From: Candidatus Bathyarchaeia archaeon
GTDB taxonomy: Archaea; Thermoproteota; Bathyarchaeia; Bathyarchaeales; DTEX01
NCBI GenBank assembly: GCA_038817885.1
Contig: JAWAZE010000001.1
Location: 8,941 to 72,940, forward strand
Reading direction: 5' to 3'
Length of the DNA stretch: 64,000 nt
Position numbers and translations under genes: made by a program. The notes below the pieces were generated by a model. That model searched no databases. It was given only the letters and a program-made list of their open reading frames with translations, and was not told the origin of the DNA. Position 1 is the stretch's first letter. The number at the start of each line of letters is the position of its first letter. Below, piece after piece: positions 54,114 through 63,592 of the stretch.

Positions 54114-55691
54114 CTAACTTAACTTACTAAATTTCTTCAATTCTTCCAATCTCTTTTCTAATATAAATATTAAGATTTTTCTAGCGCTTTCTCCATCGTC
54201 TCCCAGATTCATAGGTAGACTTGATATTTTGGCGGCGAGATAATCATCGCCAATAACCTCAGAAATCCATCTCTTAAAATCACCCCTATTTAAGTGGAAA
54301 ATTATTGATTCGACGTCCACTCTCTTTATTGCTTTATAGAAATCCTCAAGGCTTGTAACCAATATATCTGTTGGGACGCCGATTTGGCGGAAGAACCTAA
54401 AGCCTTTACCCGGCGGCACATGTCTTAATAAGCGCCTATATTTAGATTCTGGCTTATTAAGTTCCATTAGGCATCTCGCTCCAAAATCAAATAGAACCTC
54501 AATATACGTTCTGAAGGCTTCTATCGAGCTTCCATGCGGATTAAATAGGCTGTGGACTATGCCAGATCCCCCACCCTTAGTACACATGTAATGAAAGTGG
54601 TCACTTGTCTGAAGGTACCGCCAAACCTTAAGTAAATTAGGGTGGTTTACCTCTTTAACAAGAAGCCCAATCTTATTAAGTAGCATAAATGAGATCTCTT
54701 GTTGAGAGTTTCCTAGCCATGCGCTTAAGTCCCGCTCAACATCAGCCCACGAGATAGCGTCCTTTGGAGGAACATCTATTATGTCGCATGGGGCATACTT
54801 TTGAATAACTTCTCTAGGAGTGGACCAGCATAAATTATTCCACTTTGAAACCTCCATTGGAAGCCACCTAAGAAACTCAAGTATTCCGCTCTCAGCCCAG
54901 TAATGCTCGCCGAAAGTCTCATAATCTAGAAATATCACTATGACTTGACCAAGGGTATGGGCGAGCCAGGCTGCATACTTGTCTGCTGTTAAGGGCCACT
55001 GATCCCACCACGTTGATGCAAAGCGAAAACCTATATCGTCTGACAGCCTATAATTGCGCAATAGAAGGTTAATTAAGGAGCCCTTAGCCCTATACACATA
55101 ATTTGGCGACCTCCAACCGAGTATTCTATCAACCCCCTCGGCGATCACTGCCTTAAATCCAAGAGATTCGGCGGTCTTAGCAACATCATTATTATATATG
55201 CACTCAGTATTCTCGAAGGTTTCCGGAACATAATTAAATAAATCTATAATAGCCTGTTTATGCATTCTAACTTGCTCAATGAGCTCTGATTCATCAAGAT
55301 TATTTAGACTTGCTAGTGAGTGATAGTAAGGTTGACTTAATAGCTCGGCGCATCCCGTTTCAACAATTTGTTTAAAGAAGTCTAATAGACTTGGATTCCA
55401 TCTCTCACATTGTTCAAGGAAGGTTCCAGAAAAACTGAAGGAGACTTTAAATGGTTTCCCTTCTCTACGAGATCTCTCTATCTGCTCTAAGATAATCTTG
55501 GTTGCTGGAAGATAGCATTTTTGAGAGACGCGCATGAAAATTTCCTTGTTTAAATGCTGATCAAAATAGAGATCAAAAAGATCCTTTACTTCAATATTTT
55601 TTAAGCCAATGGAGGTACCAAGTTCAAAACTACACTTCAATCTAAAAGGTTGATGAACCTCAAAAATCAGGCACACATCAACCAACTTCAA
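54114..55691 (-). CDS. Glycoside hydrolase family 57 (alpha-amylase/4-alpha-glucanotransferase-like)
   Basis: 'CLIFEVHQPFRL' and 'VIFLDYETFGEHYW' (GH57 catalytic-region pattern). ~525 aa. Confidence 0.8.
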   Translation of the reverse strand: MKLVDVCLIFEVHQPFRLKCSFELGTSIGLKNIEVKDLFDLYFDQHLNKEIFMRVSQKCYLPATKIILEQIERSRREGKPFKVSFSFSGTFLEQCERWNPSLLDFFKQIVETGCAELLSQPYYHSLASLNNLDESELIEQVRMHKQAIIDLFNYVPETFENTECIYNNDVAKTAESLGFKAVIAEGVDRILGWRSPNYVYRAKGSLINLLLRNYRLSDDIGFRFASTWWDQWPLTADKYAAWLAHTLGQVIVIFLDYETFGEHYWAESGILEFLRWLPMEVSKWNNLCWSTPREVIQKYAPCDIIDVPPKDAISWADVERDLSAWLGNSQQEISFMLLNKIGLLVKEVNHPNLLKVWRYLQTSDHFHYMCTKGGGSGIVHSLFNPHGSSIEAFRTYIEVLFDFGARCLMELNKPESKYRRLLRHVPPGKGFRFFRQIGVPTDILVTSLEDFYKAIKRVDVESIIFHLNRGDFKRWISEVIGDDYLAAKISSLPMNLGDDGESARKILIFILEKRLEELKKFSKLS

Positions 55692-56016
55692 TCACGCTAA
55701 GATCTTCCTTACAACCTCTCTGACTAAGGACCATTAAACACTCTTAACATCCAATTATTTCTTATTTCCTAAAATCTAACTTTTAAATATTTCATTTCGG
55801 TGGAAGGGTGCGCAACCTCATTATTAAGATATTTCTAGTAGAAAATTATGGTTTCAGAGGCATATAACCAATATATTTTTGGTAGCTACAGAATTGTTGG
55901 GGGCAAATTACGCGTGTCTCATATTAAAATATTGAAATTGAATTTGTGACCATGCGGGTTAAAAAAGAATAAAAGGGGATTTTTAATAAAGATGTTTGTG
56001 GTAGGCTTTGAGTAAA

Positions 56017-57156
56017 ATGGATAACCTAGTTATTATTAAGGTTGGAACAAGTAGCATAACTAAGGATGATGGTAGCCTGGACTTGGATGCGATGCGCGAC
56101 CTCGTGGATCAAATTGCGGAAGCTATTAACATGGGTTATAAGATAATTCTCGTGACCTCAGGCGCAATTGCCTCGGGACTAGCCGAGCTCACGATTAAAC
56201 CAAAGCCAAATGATATAGTTTTTAAGCAGGCCTGCGCGGCGGTCGGCCAAGCAATCCTTATGGAACATTACCGTCAGCTCTTTAAGCGTCATAACTTAAA
56301 AGTTGCCCAAGTCCTTTTGACAAAAGAGGACTTGGCGAACAGAGTCTCATATATACATACATGCAATGTCCTCGATAGGTTACTTGGTTTAGGCGTTATA
56401 CCAATAATAAATGAGAATGATGTCACATCCGTTGATGAGATAATGCCAGTTATGAGGGGCTATAAAGTTAACTTCAGCGATAATGACATACTCTCAGTCT
56501 TAATAGCAAATGCGGTTCAGGCGGATTTAATTATAATTCTATCCGATGTTGATGGACTCTACAATGCTAATCCATTGAAGAGAGAAGATGCTCAAATAAT
56601 CCCGGTTGTTGAGAAGATAACTCCTGAACTTAAGGCGGCCGCTGAGGGCAAGAGCTTGCTTGGTAGGGGCGGTATGAAGACTAAGCTAGAGGCTGCTGAA
56701 ATAGCTATGCAAAGCGGGATACCATTAATAATTGCAAATAGTAGGAGAAAAAATGTAATAATAGATGTTCTGAGGAAGGGGGGTGTGGGAACATACTTTA
56801 AGCCACTTGGTAGAATGCCGAGCATAAAGAGGTGGATAGCCTATGGGGCTGGAGCCAAGGGAGCCATTAAAGTTAATGAGGGGGCTAAGCAAGCAATCCT
56901 TAATGGCGCAAGTCTGCTGGCGGTGGGCATAGAGTCAGTTGAGGGTCAATTTAAAATCGGTGACGTTGTTAGCATTCTTGGCCCCAATGGAGAAGAGTTT
57001 GCGCGCGGCATAGTTAACTACTCAAGCGATGAACTAAACCTCATTAAGGGCTTAAGAACTTCGCAGATAGAAAAGGTTTTAGGGTACATTAGGAGAAAAG
57101 AAGTAATTGTTAGAAAGCTTATGTATGTGTTTGGTGAGGCTGAGAAGAATGACTGA
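56017..57156 (+). CDS. proB: Glutamate 5-kinase (with C-terminal PUA domain)
   Basis: 'VIIKVGTSSIT', 'LVTSGAIASG', 'INENDVTSVDE', 'FSDNDILS' and the PUA-like C-terminus 'GDVVSILGPNGEEFARGIVNYSSDEL'. Confidence 0.9.
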   Translation: MDNLVIIKVGTSSITKDDGSLDLDAMRDLVDQIAEAINMGYKIILVTSGAIASGLAELTIKPKPNDIVFKQACAAVGQAILMEHYRQLFKRHNLKVAQVLLTKEDLANRVSYIHTCNVLDRLLGLGVIPIINENDVTSVDEIMPVMRGYKVNFSDNDILSVLIANAVQADLIIILSDVDGLYNANPLKREDAQIIPVVEKITPELKAAAEGKSLLGRGGMKTKLEAAEIAMQSGIPLIIANSRRKNVIIDVLRKGGVGTYFKPLGRMPSIKRWIAYGAGAKGAIKVNEGAKQAILNGASLLAVGIESVEGQFKIGDVVSILGPNGEEFARGIVNYSSDELNLIKGLRTSQIEKVLGYIRRKEVIVRKLMYVFGEAEKND

Positions 57157-58414
57157 AGATATAAGCGGCCTCATTCTAAATATATGTAAGAAGGCCAAAG
57201 AGGCCTCCTACATTTTGGCGAAACTGCCGACCGAGGTTAAGAATAGGGCGCTATATAATATGGCCGATGCATTAGAAGCCCACGCTGATGAGATTCTAGA
57301 AGCCAATAGGAAGGATGTTGAGGCTTCTAGAGCGAGTGGTCTCAAGGAATCTCTTCTCGACAGACTATTTTTAAATAAGTCGAGAATATCAAAAATGGCT
57401 CAATGCCTAAGGGAGGTTGCTGAACTACCAGATCCGGTTGGCCAAATAGTTAAGACATGGGTTAGACCAAATGGTCTCATAATTGGGCAGATTAGGGTGC
57501 CGCTAGGTGTAGTTGCGGTGATATATGAATCGCGCCCGGACGTCACTTCAGATGCAACTGGAATATGCATAAAATCTGGAAACGCAGTTATACTAAGAGG
57601 CGGCTCAGAGGCAATAAACTCTAACGTAGCCATAGGAAGAATCCTAAGCGAGGCTGCCGTGAAGTCCGGTATCCCTGATGGCGCAATACAGGTTGTTCCG
57701 ACCACCGAGAGGAGAGCAGCCTTCGAGCTTATGAGGATGAGGGACTATGTAGATTGTCTCATACCGAGGGGTGGAGCAGACCTTATTAGAGCAGTAATAG
57801 AGAATGCGAAGGTTCCAGTCATCGAGACGGGGATCGGTAATTGCCACATATATGTTGAGAGCGATGCTGATCTTGATATGGCGGAAAAAGTGATAATTAA
57901 TGCTAAATGTCAGAGACCTGGAACATGTAATGCCGCCGAGAAACTTCTTGTTCATAAGGATATAGCCCCGGTCTTCCTACCAAGAATTATTAGCGCCCTG
58001 CGTGCACATGGTGTTGAGGTTAGGGGTTGCGAGGAGACCAGAAGAATTGTTCCAGATGTTAAGCCTGCAACTGAGGAGGATTGGTATACAGAGTACCTAG
58101 ACTTAATTATCGGTGTTAAGATTGTAAACGGTCTATATGAGGCGATAGCGCACATAAATAAGTATGGGACGAAGCACTCGGATGCCATAATCACATCGGA
58201 CTTTAATAAGGCTCTCCGCTTCATCCGGGATGTTGATTCTGCAGCCGTATATTGGAATGCCTCAACGCGCTTTACTGATGGAAATCAATATGGGCTTGGC
58301 GCCGAGATAGGCATAAGCACGCAGAAGCTTCATGCCCGTGGACCGATGAGCGTAGAGCACCTCACAAACATTAAGTATTTCATTTTAGGCAGGGGGCATA
58401 TAAGAGAATCTTAG
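57149..58414 (+). CDS. proA: Gamma-glutamyl phosphate reductase
   Basis: 'VPLGVVAVIYESRPDVT', 'GNAVILRGGSEA', 'NAKCQRPGTCNAAEKLLVH' and 'HSDAIIT'. The ATG at 57149 overlaps the proB stop by 8 nt. Confidence 0.9.
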   Translation: MTEDISGLILNICKKAKEASYILAKLPTEVKNRALYNMADALEAHADEILEANRKDVEASRASGLKESLLDRLFLNKSRISKMAQCLREVAELPDPVGQIVKTWVRPNGLIIGQIRVPLGVVAVIYESRPDVTSDATGICIKSGNAVILRGGSEAINSNVAIGRILSEAAVKSGIPDGAIQVVPTTERRAAFELMRMRDYVDCLIPRGGADLIRAVIENAKVPVIETGIGNCHIYVESDADLDMAEKVIINAKCQRPGTCNAAEKLLVHKDIAPVFLPRIISALRAHGVEVRGCEETRRIVPDVKPATEEDWYTEYLDLIIGVKIVNGLYEAIAHINKYGTKHSDAIITSDFNKALRFIRDVDSAAVYWNASTRFTDGNQYGLGAEIGISTQKLHARGPMSVEHLTNIKYFILGRGHIRES

Positions 58415-58481
58415 GCTTGTCGATGCTTTTGTATCCAAGGCATCTAAACTAAAAGCAATTTTTTCCCGGCCCCTCTAGCAA

Positions 58482-59186
58482 GTGATAATATTTATGTTTG
58501 CTGAAAGAAAGATTTTAATCGTGATCCTAAAGAATACGCAGGAGGAAGCCAATGCCGAAATTGAAAATATTTGTAGAGAGGCGAGGGTGCCGCGGGCAAT
58601 AGTTTTAGATACGTTAAATAGGCTTTATGAATCTGGGCTTTTAAGAATAGAACGTGATAAAGTGTTTGTTGATGGAGAACAGCGCTTAAAGATTGCTGTG
58701 AAATCTATAAATTTAGGGTCTGACGTTGAGAGGGTTGCAAGGTTTTTAACTTGGTCTGAGTTTGAGCAGTTCTCAAAAGCACTATTAAAGTTAAATGATT
58801 TTACGGTTATAACGAATTTTCGTTTTAAGTGGCTTGGGAAGAGATGGGAGATAGATATGGTTGGTGCTAGGAAGCCCATAATTGTCTCAGCGGACTGCAA
58901 GCACTGGCGCTCCAGGTGGTCTGGATCCGCAAGCTTCAAAGCCGCTAAGAGTCAGGCTGAGAGGACAAAGGCTCTGGCTGAGACGTCGAGACATATTAGG
59001 AGCAGGATTGGCATAAGCGGATGGGAATACGCGTACTTTGTGCCAGTAATCCTCTCACTACACCCATCACAATGCAAGTTCTATGAGGGGACGCCAATAG
59101 TACCAATATTGCAGCTCAATGATTTCCTCCAAAATCTTATAGTTAACCTGAATGAGGTGAACCACTTTTACATCTCATATACTTAG
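58482..59186 (+). CDS. Winged-helix plus PD-(D/E)xK (Mrr-cat-like restriction-endonuclease-fold) protein
   Basis: N-terminus 'ARVPRAIVLDTLNRLYESGLLRI' (wHTH-like). Middle 'WSEFEQFSKALLKLNDFTV...WEIDMVGARKPIIVSADCKHW' fits the Mrr_cat pattern (FE..v..ll...G..v....D.GiD..a....vvQCK). Confidence 0.5.
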   Translation: MIIFMFAERKILIVILKNTQEEANAEIENICREARVPRAIVLDTLNRLYESGLLRIERDKVFVDGEQRLKIAVKSINLGSDVERVARFLTWSEFEQFSKALLKLNDFTVITNFRFKWLGKRWEIDMVGARKPIIVSADCKHWRSRWSGSASFKAAKSQAERTKALAETSRHIRSRIGISGWEYAYFVPVILSLHPSQCKFYEGTPIVPILQLNDFLQNLIVNLNEVNHFYISYT

Positions 59187-59239
59187 CTTTTTCTTTGGAA
59201 AGAACTTTATAAGATTTTTAGTCTACTAGTAATCCAGAA

Positions 59240-59551
59240 ATGGTGGAAATTATGTCGCGGTTAAATAATGAGCTTATTGAGATAGTGAATGTTTCAATGC
59301 CTTTCCCGGCCGAAGTTATAAGGGCTTACTCGCGCCTCGGAAATGTCTTCACAAGCGGTGATCTTGCGAGGGAGGCTGGGATATCAAATTCGACGGCCAA
59401 GTACTATATTAGAAAGATGATTAAGATGCACATGATCTCGAAGGTTCCATATAAGAAAAAGTACCAGAAATACGCGAACGCAAAGAATTTCTCGGATTGG
59501 CTTATGGATCTGATAAGGCTAGTTATAAGGCCGCTTGAGGAAAAGAAGTAG
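59240..59551 (+). CDS. Small HTH protein
   Basis: 103 aa: 'FTSGDLAREAGISNSTAKYYIRKMIKMHMI' is a helix-turn-helix pattern. Confidence 0.45.
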   Translation: MVEIMSRLNNELIEIVNVSMPFPAEVIRAYSRLGNVFTSGDLAREAGISNSTAKYYIRKMIKMHMISKVPYKKKYQKYANAKNFSDWLMDLIRLVIRPLEEKK

Positions 59552-59656
59552 TTTTAATGGTGCTGGAGATTGTCTCTTAGGGAGTTGGCCGCAAAAAAGG
59601 GGAGAAGAGGCAATGTTAGGCGCGGTAGAATTCTAACGCTAAGAGAAATTAAGCGG

Positions 59657-60022
59657 ATGAAGAAGCGGGGCTATCAGGCTGAGAGGGATCTAGTCAAGAG
59701 GCTCCGTGATATAGGATTTAAGTCGGTTAGAATTCCAGTATCAGCGCCTAGCAGTGAGCCCCTACCAGACGTATTTGCGGTGAAGGATGACTGCATAGTG
59801 GCGTTCGAGGTTAAGGCCCCAAGCCGTGGAAGAGCGTACTTTCCAAGGGATCAGGTAAAGAAACTATTTGATTTTTTAGAAATTTTCGAGGCTTATCCAA
59901 ATAAGATGGCTATTTTAGCGGCAAAGTTTCCTCATAAGTGGATTTTTAAGCGGATAGAAATTGTTGATGACTATTCTATTAGCAGGGATGAGGAGAGCAA
60001 CTTAAGGCTTGAGACAATTTAG
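59657..60022 (+). CDS. hjc: Holliday junction resolvase Hjc
   Basis: 'KKRGYQAERDLVKRLRDIGFKSVRIPVSAPSSEPLPDVFAVKDDCIVAFEVKA' matches the Hjc E..D..EVK catalytic pattern. The ATG at 59657 gives a typical 121-aa Hjc. The ORF-track TTG at 59570 adds a basic 29-aa extension. Confidence 0.85.
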   Translation: MKKRGYQAERDLVKRLRDIGFKSVRIPVSAPSSEPLPDVFAVKDDCIVAFEVKAPSRGRAYFPRDQVKKLFDFLEIFEAYPNKMAILAAKFPHKWIFKRIEIVDDYSISRDEESNLRLETI

Positions 60023-60122
60023 CAGGCACAGAATAAAATTTATAACCACACTGCTTTTTCCTCTCTAATTAAAAGACGGTGAAAATGTAAATTGTCTCTT
60101 GAACTGCAGGATTTAAAGGATC

Positions 60123-60845
60123 TTGAATTTCTGTGTGGATGGAGCGGATTTTGACGAAACCCTTAGGAGTATGGTTGAAGAGGACCTAATTATTGACTAT
60201 GGTAATACTATTAAATTGACGGAGAAGGGTGCTAAAATAAACTCTGAATGGAAGAGTTTCCTCTATAAGGATGAGCCAATATTGGAAGTTATCGTTGGCA
60301 TAGCAGATGGCTCTATTACCAGCCTTATAGTGATAATTTCATCGCTTATAGCTGGTCTAACATCCAAAGTCGCGTTCATCGTCTCCCTGCTAAGTCTGGC
60401 AGTCGTTGCCCTAACGAACTTCTCAAGCTTTCTTCTAGGTGGAATAACTGAGGACTTGGCTGACCTAGCGACGTTGCAGAGTTTAGTAACTTATAGTTTA
60501 AGTGGTGTATCTGATGCTAATAAGAGGGAGAGAGCTCTGCTATTAACAAGAGGAATTTTTAACCTATTACGCGCCAAGAGAAACAGGTCTAGCATGCTAT
60601 CTTCTTTAGTCTGCGGCGTAACAACATTCCTATCTGGCATAGCTCCCTTAGCGATCTTCCTATCATTTCCCTACCCCATTGACATACTCCTCTCTCTCCC
60701 TATAATCGGAGCAATGGCAGGTCTTTTCCTAGTATACTATCGCTCCCGTAAAACGAAAATGCCGTGGAAAATAATCCTCTTTCAAACGATTGTAGTGATA
60801 GTTATTGCTGTGGTGGTTTCACTATTGCTTGGCGCTTACATATGA
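60123..60845 (+). CDS. Integral membrane protein, VIT1/CCC1-family-like
   Basis: 'EVIVGIADGSITSLIVIISSLIAG' (compare VIT 'G.nDGLvst..lv.G') and 'VTTFLSGIAPLAIFL'. About 5 TM segments. Weak assignment. Confidence 0.45.
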   Translation: MNFCVDGADFDETLRSMVEEDLIIDYGNTIKLTEKGAKINSEWKSFLYKDEPILEVIVGIADGSITSLIVIISSLIAGLTSKVAFIVSLLSLAVVALTNFSSFLLGGITEDLADLATLQSLVTYSLSGVSDANKRERALLLTRGIFNLLRAKRNRSSMLSSLVCGVTTFLSGIAPLAIFLSFPYPIDILLSLPIIGAMAGLFLVYYRSRKTKMPWKIILFQTIVVIVIAVVVSLLLGAYI

Positions 60846-61000
60846 TTTCCGCTAACTCAAAAGGGGCTAGATTCTTTTTCCCTTACATTTAAACGTTTTG
60901 TTGGGGGTCAATCTCTTAATTGGCGCCGAATGGATGAGCATATTAAAACCAAGAACACTATTTTTAAACATGCTGTTATGAGTCTAGTGTTGAGTACCCA

Positions 61001-62077
61001 TTAAATGTATATGTGTCTCTCTTTAATGTGTTGACCGCGTATATTTATTTGGAAGCCGCACCTCGGGCACTTTTTATCATCCGTAATATTGTAGCGTGTG
61101 ACGCCGAACCCATACCTCTTTACTAGGATTTCGTTACAGTTTGGGCAGTACGTGTGTTCATATTTATGGCCTGGAACGTTGCCTATATACGGGTATAGTA
61201 TGCCCATGTTCTTAGCCATCTTATAGGCATCCTCAAGGGTCTTAATACTCGTCACCGGATTGTTAAACTTGTATGCCGGGTAATATCTAGTGAAGTGAAG
61301 GGGTGTGTCCGGGCCGACCTCCTTAATGGCTCTCTCAATTATGCCCCTCAGACACTCCTCATCATCATTAACGCCTGTGATTACAAGGTTTACTAGCTCA
61401 ACATGGAAACCCATCCTCTTAGCCTCCTTAGCGTTTCTCCAAACTTTTTCGGCATCTATCCCTACACAGAACTTTTCATAAACCTCCCGATCCCCCTTGA
61501 TGTCAATCTTCAGACCGTCCATCCCAGATTCCCAAAGAGCCCTTAAGGCTTCAAGGCTCATGTAACCATTAGAGACATAGCATGCATATAGCCTCCTCTC
61601 ACGCCTAATCCTAAATGCTTCGAGGTTCCAGTCAGTTAGGAGAGTTGGCTCTTGGAAGCTTGAGCAAAGACCCTTATCGCCATATTGAAGGGCTAAGTTA
61701 ACGATGCTCTCTGGCGAATAGTAATTTGCTTGCTTTGGGTTTGGCGGGAACTTTGAGAGCTCCCAGTTTTGGCACCAGGGGCAAAGGAAGTTGCATGACC
61801 ACGTCGAGTATGTGAGGGCGGTTGAGCCAGGCCAGTAGTGGAAGAATGGCTTTATCTCTATGGGCCTGCTCTCTATAGCGCTGAGGACACCATAAACGAC
61901 TGTATATAGCCTGCCATTAATGTTTAGTCGCGTCCTGCAGAAGCCGCTCTCCCCCGGAGTAACTATACACCTTCGCTCACACAATGTGCACTCAATCTTA
62001 TCGCCAGAAACCCTTCTATAGAAGAGGGATTCACGCACATTAGGTAGTCTAAGAATATCCTCCAATTCCCTTCTCAA
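61001..62077 (-). CDS. AmmeMemoRadiSam-system-type radical SAM enzyme (AmrS-like)
   Basis: 'IECTLCERRCIVTPGESGFCRTRLNINGRLYTVVYG' and the radical SAM cluster 'WSCNFLCPWCQNW'. C-terminal Cys pairs 'CPNC...CPRC'. Confidence 0.8.
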   Translation of the reverse strand: MRRELEDILRLPNVRESLFYRRVSGDKIECTLCERRCIVTPGESGFCRTRLNINGRLYTVVYGVLSAIESRPIEIKPFFHYWPGSTALTYSTWSCNFLCPWCQNWELSKFPPNPKQANYYSPESIVNLALQYGDKGLCSSFQEPTLLTDWNLEAFRIRRERRLYACYVSNGYMSLEALRALWESGMDGLKIDIKGDREVYEKFCVGIDAEKVWRNAKEAKRMGFHVELVNLVITGVNDDEECLRGIIERAIKEVGPDTPLHFTRYYPAYKFNNPVTSIKTLEDAYKMAKNMGILYPYIGNVPGHKYEHTYCPNCNEILVKRYGFGVTRYNITDDKKCPRCGFQINIRGQHIKERHIYI

Positions 62078-62164
62078 CCCACTAAAAATAAAATCACCAT
62101 TTAATTAATCTTTATATTTCTTTAAATCCTTAGCTTCCGAATAATTTTCCACGGTGGGCTTGGA

Positions 62165-63550
62165 GTGGTTGCCAGGGTTAAAAATAGGGAGGAGATTCTC
62201 AATAATGCGTTATCTGAGGGCGACCGCAGGGCTAGGGAGATAGCCTTAAACTCTATTGAGAGGGCTGTTGAGGCAGCCGACCCAAAGAATATTGTTTACT
62301 CAAGGGTTAAGGTCGTTGAGGGGAAGATGATTATTAATGGAGAAACTTTCAACCTTGAATCCTTTAAGAGGATCTTTGTTGTTGGCGGCGGCAAGGCTAG
62401 CGGGTATATGGCTGAGGCCATAGAGGAGATTCTCGGCGATAAGATAAACAATGGAATAATTGTTATTCCACATGGAACTTCGGGGAACTTTAATCTCAGA
62501 TTTATTAAGGTTCATGAGGCGAGCCACCCAATTCCAGATGAGGATAGCGTTAAGGGGGCTAGAAGGATTCTTGAATTGGCTGAGCGCGCTGAGGAATCGG
62601 ATCTAATCATGTGCCTAATCTCTGGGGGCGGCTCGAGCCTAATGGCTTATCCCCATGATGGAATATCTCTCGAAGATAAGAGGAGGGTCACGGATATTCT
62701 TCTCAAGTGCGGCGCAAAGATAGATGAGATAAACGCTGTTAGAAAGCACCTCTCAGGGTTTAAGGGCGGGCGCCTAGCTAGGGTAGCATACCCAGCAACA
62801 GTAATAAGCCTACTGCTTTCAGATGTGATAGGAGACCCATTAGACGTGATAGCCTCGGGGCCAACCGTTCCAGACCCAACAACGTTCAGGGATGCAATAA
62901 ACGTTCTAAAAAAATATAATGTCTGGAATGATACCCCAGAAACCGTTAGAAACTTTTTGGTTAGTGGAGATGGGGGTTTAGTTGAGGAAACCCCTAAAGC
63001 CGGGGATCAATGCTTTAAGAGAGTGCATAATTTTGTGATCGGGAATAATAGGCTCGCCTGCATGGCTGCCATAGATGAGCTTAGAAGGGAGGGGTTAAAC
63101 ACACTTCTACTAACGACTTACATGGAAGGTGAGGCGCGGGTTATAGGCTCATTCTTTGGCAGCATAATTAGGGAAGTTATAGTTTCTTGGAGTCCAATTA
63201 GGCGCCCAGCTGGCATAGTTGCTGGTGGGGAGACGACTGTCACGGTGATCGGAAAGGGTAAAGGTGGAAGAAACCAGGAGATAGCCCTTTCATCCGCGCT
63301 ACGCATATCCGGGATGAATGGGGTCGCCATAGCATCCTTCAGTACTGACGGCATTGATGGGCCGACGGATGCCGCTGGAGCTATCGCTGACGGATCAACG
63401 ATCGAACGTTCTAGGATGATGGGCCTTGATGCCGAAGGCTACCTATTTAACAATGACTCCTACACGTTCTTCAAACACCTAGGGGATCTTATCTTTACTG
63501 GCCCAACGGGCACCAACGTCAATGACGTAACAATATTAGTAGCGTTGTAA
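62165..63550 (+). CDS. Glycerate 2-kinase (MOFRL family, TtuD-like)
   Basis: 'VVGGGKASGYMAEA', 'LISGGGSSL', 'NAVRKHLSGFKGGRLA' and 'GGETTVTVIGKGKGGRNQE'. Confidence 0.85.
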   Translation: MVARVKNREEILNNALSEGDRRAREIALNSIERAVEAADPKNIVYSRVKVVEGKMIINGETFNLESFKRIFVVGGGKASGYMAEAIEEILGDKINNGIIVIPHGTSGNFNLRFIKVHEASHPIPDEDSVKGARRILELAERAEESDLIMCLISGGGSSLMAYPHDGISLEDKRRVTDILLKCGAKIDEINAVRKHLSGFKGGRLARVAYPATVISLLLSDVIGDPLDVIASGPTVPDPTTFRDAINVLKKYNVWNDTPETVRNFLVSGDGGLVEETPKAGDQCFKRVHNFVIGNNRLACMAAIDELRREGLNTLLLTTYMEGEARVIGSFFGSIIREVIVSWSPIRRPAGIVAGGETTVTVIGKGKGGRNQEIALSSALRISGMNGVAIASFSTDGIDGPTDAAGAIADGSTIERSRMMGLDAEGYLFNNDSYTFFKHLGDLIFTGPTGTNVNDVTILVAL

Positions 63551-63592
63551 AATGCGAGTTTTTGAGAAGCTTAACTTTTTTTATAAATGATC

